From: an uncultured bacterium
GTDB lineage: Bacteria; Planctomycetota; UBA1135; GCA-002686595
DNA length: 40,718 nt
Direction of reading: 5' to 3'
Assembly (NCBI GenBank): GCA_943787795.1
Contig: CALSNU010000008.1
Location: 1 to 40,718, forward strand
Shown here: positions 25,394 through 34,051 of the stretch, in pieces
Position numbering within the stretch: position 1 is the first letter of the stretch
Layout: every line of letters starts with the position of its first letter
Translations under genes and position numbers: made by a program
Notes under the pieces: generated by a model
The model's input: only the letters and a program-made list of their open reading frames with translations
Database searches by the model: none
What the model was told of the DNA's origin: nothing

Positions 25394-28339
25394 ATAGAGG
25401 AACTCGTTGCTGTTGAGGAGGACGCGGCACAGTGCGTGGAGGCCGTGGGCCTCGGTGTGCTCCTGGAGCAGGCGGAGCTCTTCGCCGGTGGGCGGGCGCT
25501 GCCAGGCGAGCCAGGCGGCTCGCTCCACCGGCCCCATGTCCGTGAGTTCGGTCTCCACGCGCTCCCCGAAGTGCCTGGCCTGAGAGAGCATGAAGCGGTC
25601 GTTGAGGAGCGACAGCGCCTGGAGCGGCGTCGTGGTGTCGGAGCGAACCGGGGTGCTGTTCGACGGGTCCGCGCAGTCGAAGGCGCTCATCCAAGGGTCC
25701 GGGGCAGAGCGGACGATGAAGCGGTAGATGCTCCTGCGGTGGGTCGTGAGGTCCTCGGGGTCGGCCTCGGCGTAGAGGTAGCGCGGCGAGTGGTCGTCCT
25801 CGAAGCGGAACAGCTCGAAGCCGGGTCCACCGGCGGTGAGGGTCAGGCTCCCCGAGACCGAGAGCACCGCGTCGCGCAGGGCCTCGGCCTCAAGGCGCCT
25901 CCGGTTTGCGCGCCACAGGAGCCGATTGCCGCGGTCCACGGCGGCGGCCTCCGGTCGGTCGGCGGAGCTCTGTCGGTAGGTGGCGCTGTTCACGAGCTGG
26001 CGGTGGAGGCCCTTGAGGGAGCCGCCTCCGTCGCGGAAGGTGGCGGCCAGGTGATCGAGGAGCTCGGGGTGCGAGGGGGACTCGCCCATACGCCCGAAGT
26101 CGTTCGGGGTACCCACCAGCCCGCGGCCGAAGTGCAGGTGCCAGACCCTGTTCACGGCGGAGCGCCAGGTAAGGGGGTTCTCCGGGTGGGCGATCCAGCG
26201 GGCGAGGCCGAGGCGGCGGGCGCCCTCGTCCTCCTCGGCGAGGGTGCTGGCGAAGCTCGCAGGGGCGTGGGAGAGCACGGCCACGCCGCCGGGCACGCTC
26301 GGCTCTGCGGGCTGCGTGACCTCTCCGCGCTCCAGGCGGTGGATCGCGCGCGGGCGGCTGCCAGGGGGCGGGGTGAAGGCGCCCTGGGGCGCGAAGCTGG
26401 ACGTGGCCGCATAGACTCGGCGGCGCGCGGGCAGCGACGCGAGCGCCAGGTCCGTCGCCTCGAGGCGGTCGGTGCGCTCCGCCCTCCGGCGCTTTTCCTG
26501 CGCACTCTCCAGCCGGTCGGTGGCGGCGTGCCACCGCTGCTCGGCCTCGTCGAGCCGGGCCATGGCGGCGGTCCAGGGGAACGCGCCGTCCACGAGCAGG
26601 CGCCGGCCCCAGCGGGCGCCGGCCTCGATGGTGTCGGCGGCGGTGACCTCTGCGCCCAGGGCCACGTTCTCGCCGCCCGACCACACCTCGAGCTCGGCGA
26701 GGGCGAAGCCGTGCTGGTCCGTGCGCTTCCAGAGCCGCGGGACCTGGACCTCCACGAAGCGCGCCAGCGGACGCCCGTCGGGGGTGAGGGTGATGGGGCG
26801 GTTGCCGTGGCGGTGGGGCTCGTCGGCCGCGCGCCAGGTCGCCACCGGCGACCAGGCGTCCCCGGTGCCGAGGCGGACCGTGAAGGCGGCCGGCAGCCCG
26901 AAGCCCGCGCCGTGGTGTTCGCCGAAGACCTCGTCGCAGGGGTAGACCGTCACGCGGTCGATGGGGCGCGGCGCACCGAGGTCGACGCGGACCCACTTCT
27001 GGTGATCCGCGGAGGCCTCGAGGGCGCTGTGGTAGCCCATGGAGCCCGAGCGGTCGGGGGCCTCGACCGCCGCCGCGAGGGCCTCGCGTTCCGCCCGGAG
27101 TCCGGCGACCCTCGGGCTTGGGTCCCCGGCGATCCGGCGCGCGAGCGCCTCCTCGGCGGCGGCGTGCTCGTCGGTGAGTGAGGCCCGCTCGGCGTTGAGC
27201 GCCGCCCGCCGCGCGCCGACCTCGGGGTCCGCGTCGTACTCGCGGTCCGCGCGCTCGATGCCGGCGAACACGGCCTGGGCGTTGTAGTAGTCCGCCTGGG
27301 AGATGGGGTCGAACTTGTGGTCGTGGCAGCGGGCGCAGTGAACCGTCAGGCTCTGGAAGGAGCTGAAGACGTTCTTCACCACGTCGTCCCGGTCGAGGTT
27401 GCGGGTCTTCTGCTTGTCGACGGTGCCCTCGCGCAGCTCCACGTGCCCCACGAAGTCCCAGGGACCCGCGGCCAGCATGCCCGTGGCCGCGACCGCCGAC
27501 GGCGAGGCGCCCGGCAGCACGTCGCCGGCGATCTGCTCCTGGACGAACTGGCCCCAGGGCATGTCGCCGTTGAGGGCGTCGATGACCCAGTCCCTGTAGG
27601 GCCAGGCGTGGCGGCGCGGCTTGTCCTTGTCGTAGCCGTGGGTGTCGGCGTAGTGGACGACGTCGAGCCAGTGGCGCGCCCAGCGCTCGCCGTAGCGCGG
27701 GGAGGCGAGCAGGCGCTCGACCTCGAGTTCAAATGCCTGGAGGGAGGGGTCGTGCATGAACCGCTGCACGTCCTCGGGCGTGGGGGGCAGCCCCACCAGG
27801 TCGAAGTGGAGGCGCCGCAGGAGGGTCCGACGGTCCGCCTCCATGGAGGGCTCGAGGCCCTGGTCGAGCAGCGCGCGCAGGACGAAGGCGTCCACGGGCT
27901 CGCGCACCCAGCCCTGCCATCTGTCGGGGAGGTCGGGCAGGGCCGGCGCCTCGATCGGCTGCAGGGACCACCAAGGGGCGCTGCCGCCTCCGGCGCCCAC
28001 TGCACCGGCGGTCCAGGGGGCGCCCGCTTGGATCCATCGACGGAGGGTCGCCACCTCCTCCTCCGAGAGCGGCGGCGCCTTCAGGGGCATCTCGGGCTCG
28101 GGCCCACGCACCAGCTCCAGGAGCAGGCTCTGCTCGGGGTGCCCAGGCTCCACGATGCCCTCGGGCAGGGCGTCGCCCGTGAAGATGACCCCGCCCTTGG
28201 CCGTGCCCTCGTCGTGGCAGCTGAGGCAGTGGGCCTCCAGGATCGGGGCGACCTCGGTCCGGAAGAGGTCCGCGCCTTCCTGCAGCGGCAGGCCGACCGC
28301 CGCGGCGGACGGCGCGAGGAGCAGGAGGGAGCAGATCAT
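25385..28339 (-). CDS. Planctomycete cytochrome c / DUF1549 / DUF1553 (PSCyt1-PSCyt2-PSD1) protein with discoidin-like insert
   Basis: Heme motifs CLSCH and CARCHDHKFDP, YGERWARHWLDV, NRVWHLHFGRGLV, PSHPELLD, QALSLLN, C-terminal NEFLYVD. Confidence 0.95.
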   Translation of the reverse strand: MICSLLLLAPSAAAVGLPLQEGADLFRTEVAPILEAHCLSCHDEGTAKGGVIFTGDALPEGIVEPGHPEQSLLLELVRGPEPEMPLKAPPLSEEEVATLRRWIQAGAPWTAGAVGAGGGSAPWWSLQPIEAPALPDLPDRWQGWVREPVDAFVLRALLDQGLEPSMEADRRTLLRRLHFDLVGLPPTPEDVQRFMHDPSLQAFELEVERLLASPRYGERWARHWLDVVHYADTHGYDKDKPRRHAWPYRDWVIDALNGDMPWGQFVQEQIAGDVLPGASPSAVAATGMLAAGPWDFVGHVELREGTVDKQKTRNLDRDDVVKNVFSSFQSLTVHCARCHDHKFDPISQADYYNAQAVFAGIERADREYDADPEVGARRAALNAERASLTDEHAAAEEALARRIAGDPSPRVAGLRAEREALAAAVEAPDRSGSMGYHSALEASADHQKWVRVDLGAPRPIDRVTVYPCDEVFGEHHGAGFGLPAAFTVRLGTGDAWSPVATWRAADEPHRHGNRPITLTPDGRPLARFVEVQVPRLWKRTDQHGFALAELEVWSGGENVALGAEVTAADTIEAGARWGRRLLVDGAFPWTAAMARLDEAEQRWHAATDRLESAQEKRRRAERTDRLEATDLALASLPARRRVYAATSSFAPQGAFTPPPGSRPRAIHRLERGEVTQPAEPSVPGGVAVLSHAPASFASTLAEEDEGARRLGLARWIAHPENPLTWRSAVNRVWHLHFGRGLVGTPNDFGRMGESPSHPELLDHLAATFRDGGGSLKGLHRQLVNSATYRQSSADRPEAAAVDRGNRLLWRANRRRLEAEALRDAVLSVSGSLTLTAGGPGFELFRFEDDHSPRYLYAEADPEDLTTHRRSIYRFIVRSAPDPWMSAFDCADPSNSTPVRSDTTTPLQALSLLNDRFMLSQARHFGERVETELTDMGPVERAAWLAWQRPPTGEELRLLQEHTEAHGLHALCRVLLNSNEFLYVD

Positions 28340-28489
28340 GGGCGGCGTTCGGCGGCGGATCCGAGCCTACCCCATGGGTCGAGGATGCGCCCCGTCCGAG
28401 CCCCATCCGAGCCCCGTGAGAGCCTCTTCGCCGGCCGCGCGGCGCGGCCCCGACGCCCCTCAGCGGAACGGTTGGTCAGTGGATGATGG

Positions 28490-29167
28490 TCAGCTGATGA
28501 TGGTCGGGAGGATCGCAGCCATGGCTGCGGCGGCGAGCATCGCCGACTGGGCGGCGGCCGCTGCCTTGGCGGCCTCGCCGACCTCGCCGCTGGCGATGGC
28601 TTCCAGGCGCGCCTTGCGGGCGTGGAGCTCGCGGCGGGGGAACGTCGCGTTGAGCAGGCCGACGGCGCTCCCCAGGGCGACGAGGGCCGCGGTGTGGGCG
28701 GAGACCTGGTCGGTGTCCGTGAAGATGGCCTCGGTCAGCTCGGCGACCAGCGCGGCCTCGGGTTCGGGGTCCACCTCGGGGTAGACCTTGCGCGTGAAGA
28801 AGAGGAGGACCTTGCCCTCGTCCTCGCGCAGGATGCCCCGCTGGCAGAGCTGCCGAGCGATGCGGTGCCTCAGGTCGCGCAGCGCGGCCAGCTTGGTGAT
28901 CCAGTGCTGGGCAGGGCGCGGCCTCGACGCTGCGCCGATGAGCCTGAGGCACTCGTCGAGGAGCCCGTCCCCCGTCGGGCTGCCATCGGCCACGCGCAGG
29001 ACGTGGTGCTTGCCCTCGGAGGCGAGGCGGTCTTCGAGGAACAGATCGGAGAGCAGGGCGCCCGCGAGGGCGTAGCCGCAGTTGCTGACGGCGACGGTCC
29101 CTTCCCGGTCCTTCAGGATCAGGAGGAGGGCCTTCTCGTAGAGGCGGACGGGGTTGGAGTCATTCAT
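28490..29167 (-). CDS. GPP34 / GOLPH3-Vps74 family protein
   Basis: LLLILKDREG...ALAGALLSDL...TGDGLLDE...LCQRGIL...LLFFTRKVYP and an Ala-rich C-terminus. Confidence 0.85.
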   Translation of the reverse strand: MNDSNPVRLYEKALLLILKDREGTVAVSNCGYALAGALLSDLFLEDRLASEGKHHVLRVADGSPTGDGLLDECLRLIGAASRPRPAQHWITKLAALRDLRHRIARQLCQRGILREDEGKVLLFFTRKVYPEVDPEPEAALVAELTEAIFTDTDQVSAHTAALVALGSAVGLLNATFPRRELHARKARLEAIASGEVGEAAKAAAAAQSAMLAAAAMAAILPTIIS

Positions 29168-29320
29168 GGTCGGCGGGGGCGGTGGTGGCCCTTCTACGGC
29201 GGGCGGGGCAGCGCATTCAACGTACGGGGAGATCCCCCCTGCGCCTCGAGCCACCATGACTTCGCTCGAGATCGGGGCGTCGCGCTACTCTCGGTGGGGA
29301 ACCGGCGGCCCAGACTCTCC

Positions 29321-30325
29321 ATGAACCCATCACGAACGACCACCCCGCGACTCGCCCCGGCCCTTCTGCTCGGCGTCCTCACAGGCTGCGCCTCCGGACC
29401 TGCTCCCGCCGAGCCTGTTCCTTCGGGGCCTGCTCCTTCGGGGCCGACCACCTCGCAGGGCGCCCCCGCCGTGCGGGTCACGTCGGCGGACGACCCCGCG
29501 CTCGATCTCCTCGACCGGGAGCGACGGGCGCTGACCGAGGCGGGCATGACCCGCGTGGCGATGCCCTTCGGGGTGCTGCTGGCCGCCGACGAGGCGATGC
29601 CCTTGGGCTACGTCGAGCAGGCGGCGGCGATCCTCGCCGAGATGCTGGACCAGGACATGGACGGCGTGGCGGACGACCCGACGGTGGCGGCCACCCTCGC
29701 CCGCCGCGACGTGGCGTGGCTCGCCATGCCCATGGACCCGGAGCGCTGGGAAGAGGAGCAGCTCCCGCGCCTGATGGAGGACCTGGGCTACGACATCATC
29801 ATCCCCGAGTGGTGGATGGAGGTCTCGGGCCCCGAGCCGGATCGCCGCGGCCGGGCGGTGATGGTGGAGGAGGTCCACCACTTCATGACGCAGTTCGGCT
29901 TCAGCGCGGTCTACCCCGAGGTCTTCGGGGTCGAGGACTGGACCTCGGTGCTGGGGCGCGAGACCGAGCGGGCCCGCTGTCTCTTTTGGCAGCACCCCGA
30001 GAACGACTGCCCCGGGAGCCCGGCCGAGATCCCCGGTGACTGCAGCGACCCCAGCTGCGACGCCGTCGAGTTCTACCAGCAGGTGGCGGTGATGCGCGCG
30101 GGCATGGAGCCCGGCTGGCTCGGCATCGGGTTCCCGCGGGATCGCGATGAACTGGAGGCGCTCCTTGGAGAGGAGCTCAAGGCCGCGCTCGACGACCCTC
30201 GCTTCCACCAGCTTCGGAGCCCGCTCACCTTCGCCTATCCGGTGCTTCGCGCTCGGCCTCGAGTCGGGCCTCGACCGGGCTCCACCGAGGGCTCCACCGA
30301 GGGCTCCTCCGAGGGCTCCCCCTAG
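29321..30325 (+). CDS. Hypothetical lipoprotein with an EEVHH (zincin-like) motif
   Basis: Lipobox LTG-C, LDQDMDGVADDP (Ca-loop-like), VEEVHHFMTQFG..AVYPEVF, and Cys-rich CSDPSCDAVEFY. Confidence 0.75.
   Translation: MNPSRTTTPRLAPALLLGVLTGCASGPAPAEPVPSGPAPSGPTTSQGAPAVRVTSADDPALDLLDRERRALTEAGMTRVAMPFGVLLAADEAMPLGYVEQAAAILAEMLDQDMDGVADDPTVAATLARRDVAWLAMPMDPERWEEEQLPRLMEDLGYDIIIPEWWMEVSGPEPDRRGRAVMVEEVHHFMTQFGFSAVYPEVFGVEDWTSVLGRETERARCLFWQHPENDCPGSPAEIPGDCSDPSCDAVEFYQQVAVMRAGMEPGWLGIGFPRDRDELEALLGEELKAALDDPRFHQLRSPLTFAYPVLRARPRVGPRPGSTEGSTEGSSEGSP
30278..30320. repeat. 12-bp tandem repeat (gggctccaccga) x ~3.5 at the 3' end of a CDS
   Basis: Encodes GSTE-GSTE-GSSE-GSP. Confidence 0.85.
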
Positions 30326-30990
30326 GGCGCCTTCGCCTCCGCTCGCATCGCGAGGCAGGCTGCGATGCCGAGGTAGGCCAGTGCGATCTGCAGCGCAAGG
30401 CTCAGGCCCGCGAGCGTCATCGTCGCCGCCGTCAGTTGGGCCGGTGTCCAGGTCGCGGCCTGGGCACCCAAGAGTCCGGTGAAGAGCGCGAGGAGCCCGA
30501 CCATCCCAAGGTGCCCGAAGGTCGCCCACAGCGCGAACCGCCGCCACCGCCACCGGCTCGTGGTGAAGTTGAGTTGCCCGGCGAGCGCGGTCAGCGACCA
30601 GCCTGCGACGATGATCGTGATCAGCTCCAGGCTCTCGCGCCAGTCGAAGGAGAAGCCCTCCTGCGCCACCACTTCCTGCGGGCGGTGGGACCCGAGCGCC
30701 ACGATGACGACCAGGGACTGGACCCCGATGAGGAGCGCGAACCAGGCGCGCAAGGCCCCCGATGCGACGCGTCGTAGCGGGAGAAAGGCCAGCGCGAGCA
30801 GGACCGCACCGAGCTCGTCTGGAAACACGTCGATCAGGAACCCCGTCTCCGTGACGGCGTCGGGGCCTTCCCACGTGGTGACGGCCTCCGTCCCGTCAGC
30901 CCCGACGGTCAAGTCGATGGCGAGGAGCGCGGCGCCCGCGAGGAGGAGCGACATGCTGCGAGCGATCTTGGTCTGCGGCGGATCAGCCAT
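30322..30990 (-). CDS. Hypothetical integral membrane protein (~6 TM)
   Basis: Several hydrophobic segments, DVFPDELG motif, ATG30990. Confidence 0.7.
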   Translation of the reverse strand: MADPPQTKIARSMSLLLAGAALLAIDLTVGADGTEAVTTWEGPDAVTETGFLIDVFPDELGAVLLALAFLPLRRVASGALRAWFALLIGVQSLVVIVALGSHRPQEVVAQEGFSFDWRESLELITIIVAGWSLTALAGQLNFTTSRWRWRRFALWATFGHLGMVGLLALFTGLLGAQAATWTPAQLTAATMTLAGLSLALQIALAYLGIAACLAMRAEAKAP

Positions 30991-31198
30991 CAGCGCACAG
31001 CATACCCAGCCCGGACCATCGTGGCGGTTTGACCTCGTGTGGCTGAGACGGCCGTTGTGGCGCCGCATTGGGGCACCTCCCGCCGCCATCACGGCACATC
31101 GCCTCGACGCTGCGCTGGATCGAGGAGCGAGTGCACTATTTTCCCTCACTCCCCGCGCCAGTTTGAGCGCGCTCTTTCCTGCACCTGCCACTCCAACC

Positions 31199-31707
31199 AT
31201 GAAGACTCTGCCCCTTCGAAACGCCGCCATCGCCCTCCTCGTCCCTGCGATGACCAGCTGCGCCGCCACCATCCTCGCGGGCGCCCCCAATGCCAACGAG
31301 TTGTCGGGCGTCATCGATGCTGAGGATGAGCGATCCCTCGGAGGACGTGCCGTCCTCGGTGCTTACGCGGCGAACGACCCCGGGCCATGGGCGAGTGGAT
31401 CGCCGATGACGCCAAGGTCGTGTTCAACACCGAGACCGTCGACAAGGCGACCTTCCTGGCGAACGTCTCGGAGCGTCACGGGCAATTTGAGGTCTCGCTG
31501 GTGAACCCGATCGTCACCACGATGATCTACAACGACGGCAAGGCGTACACGAATCTTTGGACGACATGGAAGGGCGTCGCTCGATCCACGGGGGAGGAGG
31601 TCAAGTCTCCAGCGCAGATGTTCATGACATGGCGGGACGGGAGGATCTCGACCTTCATGCACCACTTCGATCCCGGCCCGCTCGACAGGGCGATCGAGTC
31701 CCTCTGA
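31199..31707 (+). pseudogene. SnoaL/NTF2-like lipoprotein, paralogue of 33150-33692, with a 1-bp frameshift at ~31382-31386
   Basis: The N-terminal part (MKTLP...TSC...GRAVLGAYAANDP) and C-terminal part (MGEWIADDA...HHFDPGPL) both align to the intact paralogue. CCC GGG CC ATG here versus CCC GCG GCC ATG there. May be a sequencing error. Confidence 0.8.
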
Positions 31708-31828
31708 CCGCGCACACGCCGCCCCCGTGGATCCAGCCGCCCTGCCGGCTCCTGGGGTCCAGTGAACCGGCGCGCCCTCTCCGCACAGGAGTGGGCGCGC
31801 CGGTCATGCCTGGGACCAAGGGCGGGGC

Positions 31829-32173
31829 CTAGACCAGCTCCAGCGGCCCGTGGTTGTCGCAGTGGTCCCCGTGCGGATGGTGCAGGTGCCCATCGACCAG
31901 GTAGTCCACGTGATCTCCATGGGGTACGGCTTCGTGGCCGCAGCCCGGTCCGTGCACATGGGAGGCGTCGTGAGTTCCGCACGCGTGCTGTGGCGTGCAC
32001 TCCGCCGGGTTCTGCGAGCTCACCTCGATGCGGTGCTCGTCCACGTGATCGTCGTGGGGGTGATGCATGTGCCCGTCATGGAGGTAGTCCACGTGGTCGC
32101 CGTGCTTGACGCCGGTGTGCCCGCAGTTGGGTCCGTGGGCGTGATCGTGGTCGTCGTGCTTGTTGCAGTTCAC
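31829..32173 (-). CDS. Small His/Cys-rich metal-binding protein with two internal repeats
   Basis: About 27 His and 6 Cys in 114 aa, two copies of H.HGP.CGH..V.HGDHVDYL.DGH.HHPH.DH. GTG start overlaps the ArsR stop. Confidence 0.9.
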   Translation of the reverse strand: MNCNKHDDHDHAHGPNCGHTGVKHGDHVDYLHDGHMHHPHDDHVDEHRIEVSSQNPAECTPQHACGTHDASHVHGPGCGHEAVPHGDHVDYLVDGHLHHPHGDHCDNHGPLELV

Positions 32174-32514
32174 TTCGGTTCTTCTTCTGCGGCGTGTTCG
32201 AACACGCCCTGGAGGAGTTCGTCGATGTGGTGGTCGGCGAGGGAGTAGTACTGGTGCTTGCCCTCACGCCTGCGCGTGAGCAACCGCTCGCCCCTGAGGA
32301 CGCGCAGCCTTGCGGAGATCGTGGAGAGCGAGTCGCCCGTGAATTCAGCCAGCTCCGTGACGCAGCGCTCTCCCGGTCGAAGGAGCTCGAGCAGGCGCAG
32401 CCGGCCAGGATCCCCCGCGGCGCGGAGGATGGCCGCCGCCCTCTCGAGCACCCCGGCCGAGGAGACCGTCGGGGCCGCCATGGAGCCGTGGTTGCAGTCG
32501 GGCTTCTCACTCAT
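32170..32514 (-). CDS. ArsR/SmtB-family metalloregulator (alpha5 site plus N-terminal and alpha3 Cys)
   Basis: GDPGRLRLL, ERCVTELA, DHH-x10-HAAE, N-terminal CNH. Confidence 0.92.
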   Translation of the reverse strand: MSEKPDCNHGSMAAPTVSSAGVLERAAAILRAAGDPGRLRLLELLRPGERCVTELAEFTGDSLSTISARLRVLRGERLLTRRREGKHQYYSLADHHIDELLQGVFEHAAEEEPK

Positions 32515-32524
32515 TGACTAAGAC

Positions 32525-32543
32525 AATCTATCAATCGTTCAAT
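32525..32543 (-). promoter_or_regulatory. Candidate SmtB-type operator/promoter upstream of arsR
   Basis: AT-rich imperfect inverted repeat ATTGAACG-AT-TGATAGATT (minus strand) 10 nt before the ATG, overlapping a TAGATT -10-like hexamer. Confidence 0.45.
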
Positions 32544-32740
32544 CGAAAGGTCGAGCTGAAGCCGGTTTCTCGGCCACCACTGCGTCGCCGCTGGCGCGTG
32601 AGCCCCGGCCCAGAGGTGCCCAGGGGTCCATCTCAGGGTCCTGGGAGCCGTCGGTTCCACGCGGGGTTCGAGCCCCACGGCTGGAGCTCGGGGCGCCGCT
32701 CGTGAGCCCTGCCCACCGCGACCTCGCTGTCCGGCGCGAC

Positions 32741-32840
32741 GGAGGGTCCAGCTTTCGGAGGGCCCAGCGTTCGGAGGGCCCAGCGTTCGGAGGGCCCAGC
32801 GTTCGGAGGGCCCAGCGTTCAGGGGGCCCAGCGTTCAGGA
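32741..32840. repeat. 16-bp tandem repeat (ggagggcccagcgttc) x6
   Basis: Four exact and two degenerate copies, no spacers. Confidence 0.95.
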
Positions 32841-32858
32841 GGCCTGCAGGCTGCCGGC

Positions 32859-33055
32859 GTGACCCTCACCTCCGAGCCCCTCCCTCCCCCGTGCTTCTTC
32901 CTCGGCGGGTCGCGCTGACCGCGAATGGAGCCTGCCCTCTCCGGACCCTGGACTGGCTCTCAGTTGGCTCTCAGTTGAGAGCTAGCCGGCCCTTGGAGCA
33001 GTGCACGGTCGGGCTCGTGTCGAGCGAGGGGTCCGTGCTCCCGGGGATGTCGCCC
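32859..33055 (+). pseudogene. Decayed 5' fragment of the GrdB/PrdB-like gene at 38176
   Basis: RPLEQCTVGLVSSEGSVLPGMSP here versus KPLEECTVGLVSSAGLVLPGMTP there. Upstream DNA also aligns (ccctcccccgtgcttcttcctc versus ccctcccggtgcggttgttcctc) with indels. Confidence 0.75.
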
Positions 33056-33149
33056 GTCCAGGGGCCCAGGGAACGGACCTTGCTACAGTCCTCCGCGATC
33101 GTCCCAAGCGAATTAGATGGGACGCACCCCTCCCTGCTCTCTGATCCCT

Positions 33150-33692
33150 ATGAACCGGCTCTTCACCCGTCTCGCCCTCATCGGGCTCCTCGTCCCCGCA
33201 TTCACCAGCTGCGTCAGCACCCGCGCCGGCGCCCCCAACGGCAGTGATTGGTCGGGCATCATCGATGCCGACGACGACCGCTCCAGGGGAGGGCGTGCCG
33301 TCCTCGATGCCTACGTGGCGAATCATCCCGCGGCCATGGGGGAGTGGATCGCCGACGACGCGGAGATCCTGTTCAACTCGGAGGTCGTCGACAAGGCCGC
33401 CTTCCTCGCCGGCGTCTCCGAGGATCACGAGCGCTTCGAGGTCTCTTTGGTGAACCCGGTCGTCACGACGATGCTCTACAACAACGGGAACGTCTACACG
33501 AACCTGTGGACCACCTGGAGGGGCGTCGCCCGTGCCACGGGCGAGGAGGTCGAGTTCCCCGTTCAGATGTACATGACCTGGGAGGACGGGAAGGTCAGGT
33601 CGTTCATGCACTTCTTCGATCCGGGGCCCCTTGAGGAGGCCGTCGAGGCCCTCGAGGACCCTCTGAGGACCCGGTTGGCTGAGCCTCGCTGA
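33150..33692 (+). CDS. SnoaL/NTF2-like fold lipoprotein
   Basis: Lipobox FTS-C, WIADDAEILFN, WTTWRGVARATGEEVEFPVQMYMTWEDGKVRSFMHFFD. Confidence 0.85.
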   Translation: MNRLFTRLALIGLLVPAFTSCVSTRAGAPNGSDWSGIIDADDDRSRGGRAVLDAYVANHPAAMGEWIADDAEILFNSEVVDKAAFLAGVSEDHERFEVSLVNPVVTTMLYNNGNVYTNLWTTWRGVARATGEEVEFPVQMYMTWEDGKVRSFMHFFDPGPLEEAVEALEDPLRTRLAEPR

Positions 33693-33871
33693 CCGGAGCT
33701 TGATTGCCTCCGTTGCTGGCGCTCCTTGCGGACGCGGGCCAAGGGCCGGACGGCGCTCATCCGTCCTGTCCCGTGCCCGCGCCCTTGGCCATCGCGCGCT
33801 TCAGGCGCCCGCTTGGTTCCATGGCTCGGACGTGCTTCGCGCCTGGGGGGCGACGTCCCGTGGTGGGGCCG

Positions 33872-33965
33872 ATCCAAGTGCTTCGGGCTGGCCCTGGTGC
33901 TTTGGGGCGCCTTGGTGCTGCGGGGGGCCTTGGTGTTTCGGGGGGGCTGGTGCTTCGGGGGGGGC
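33872..33965. repeat. Degenerate 18-bp tandem repeat (gccttggtgctNcggggg) x ~5
   Basis: Units start at about 33872, 33891, 33909, 33927 and 33945, upstream of the acid phosphatase. Confidence 0.75.
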
Positions 33966-34051
33966 ATCGCGCGGCGCGAATGCTCGGGGACGGCGAGCAT
34001 CACGGGTCACGGCTTGTTCAGCGAGGCGTTCGAGGGGAGACTCCTCGACCC

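Noticed and set aside
2730..27181. Long antisense or alternative-frame ORFs (for example 2730..4784 +, 4199..6178 +, 15270..16901 +, 24896..27181 +)
   Set aside because: Shadow ORFs expected at this GC content. They overlap well-supported genes and show no motifs.
28490..29167. Eukaryote-derived Golgi protein (GOLPH3)
   Set aside because: GPP34-family proteins are widespread in bacteria, and codon usage matches the host.
32741..32840. Repeat arrays (also 25322 and 37897) as CRISPR
   Set aside because: Units are 14-16 bp and directly adjacent with no unique spacers, and there are no cas genes.
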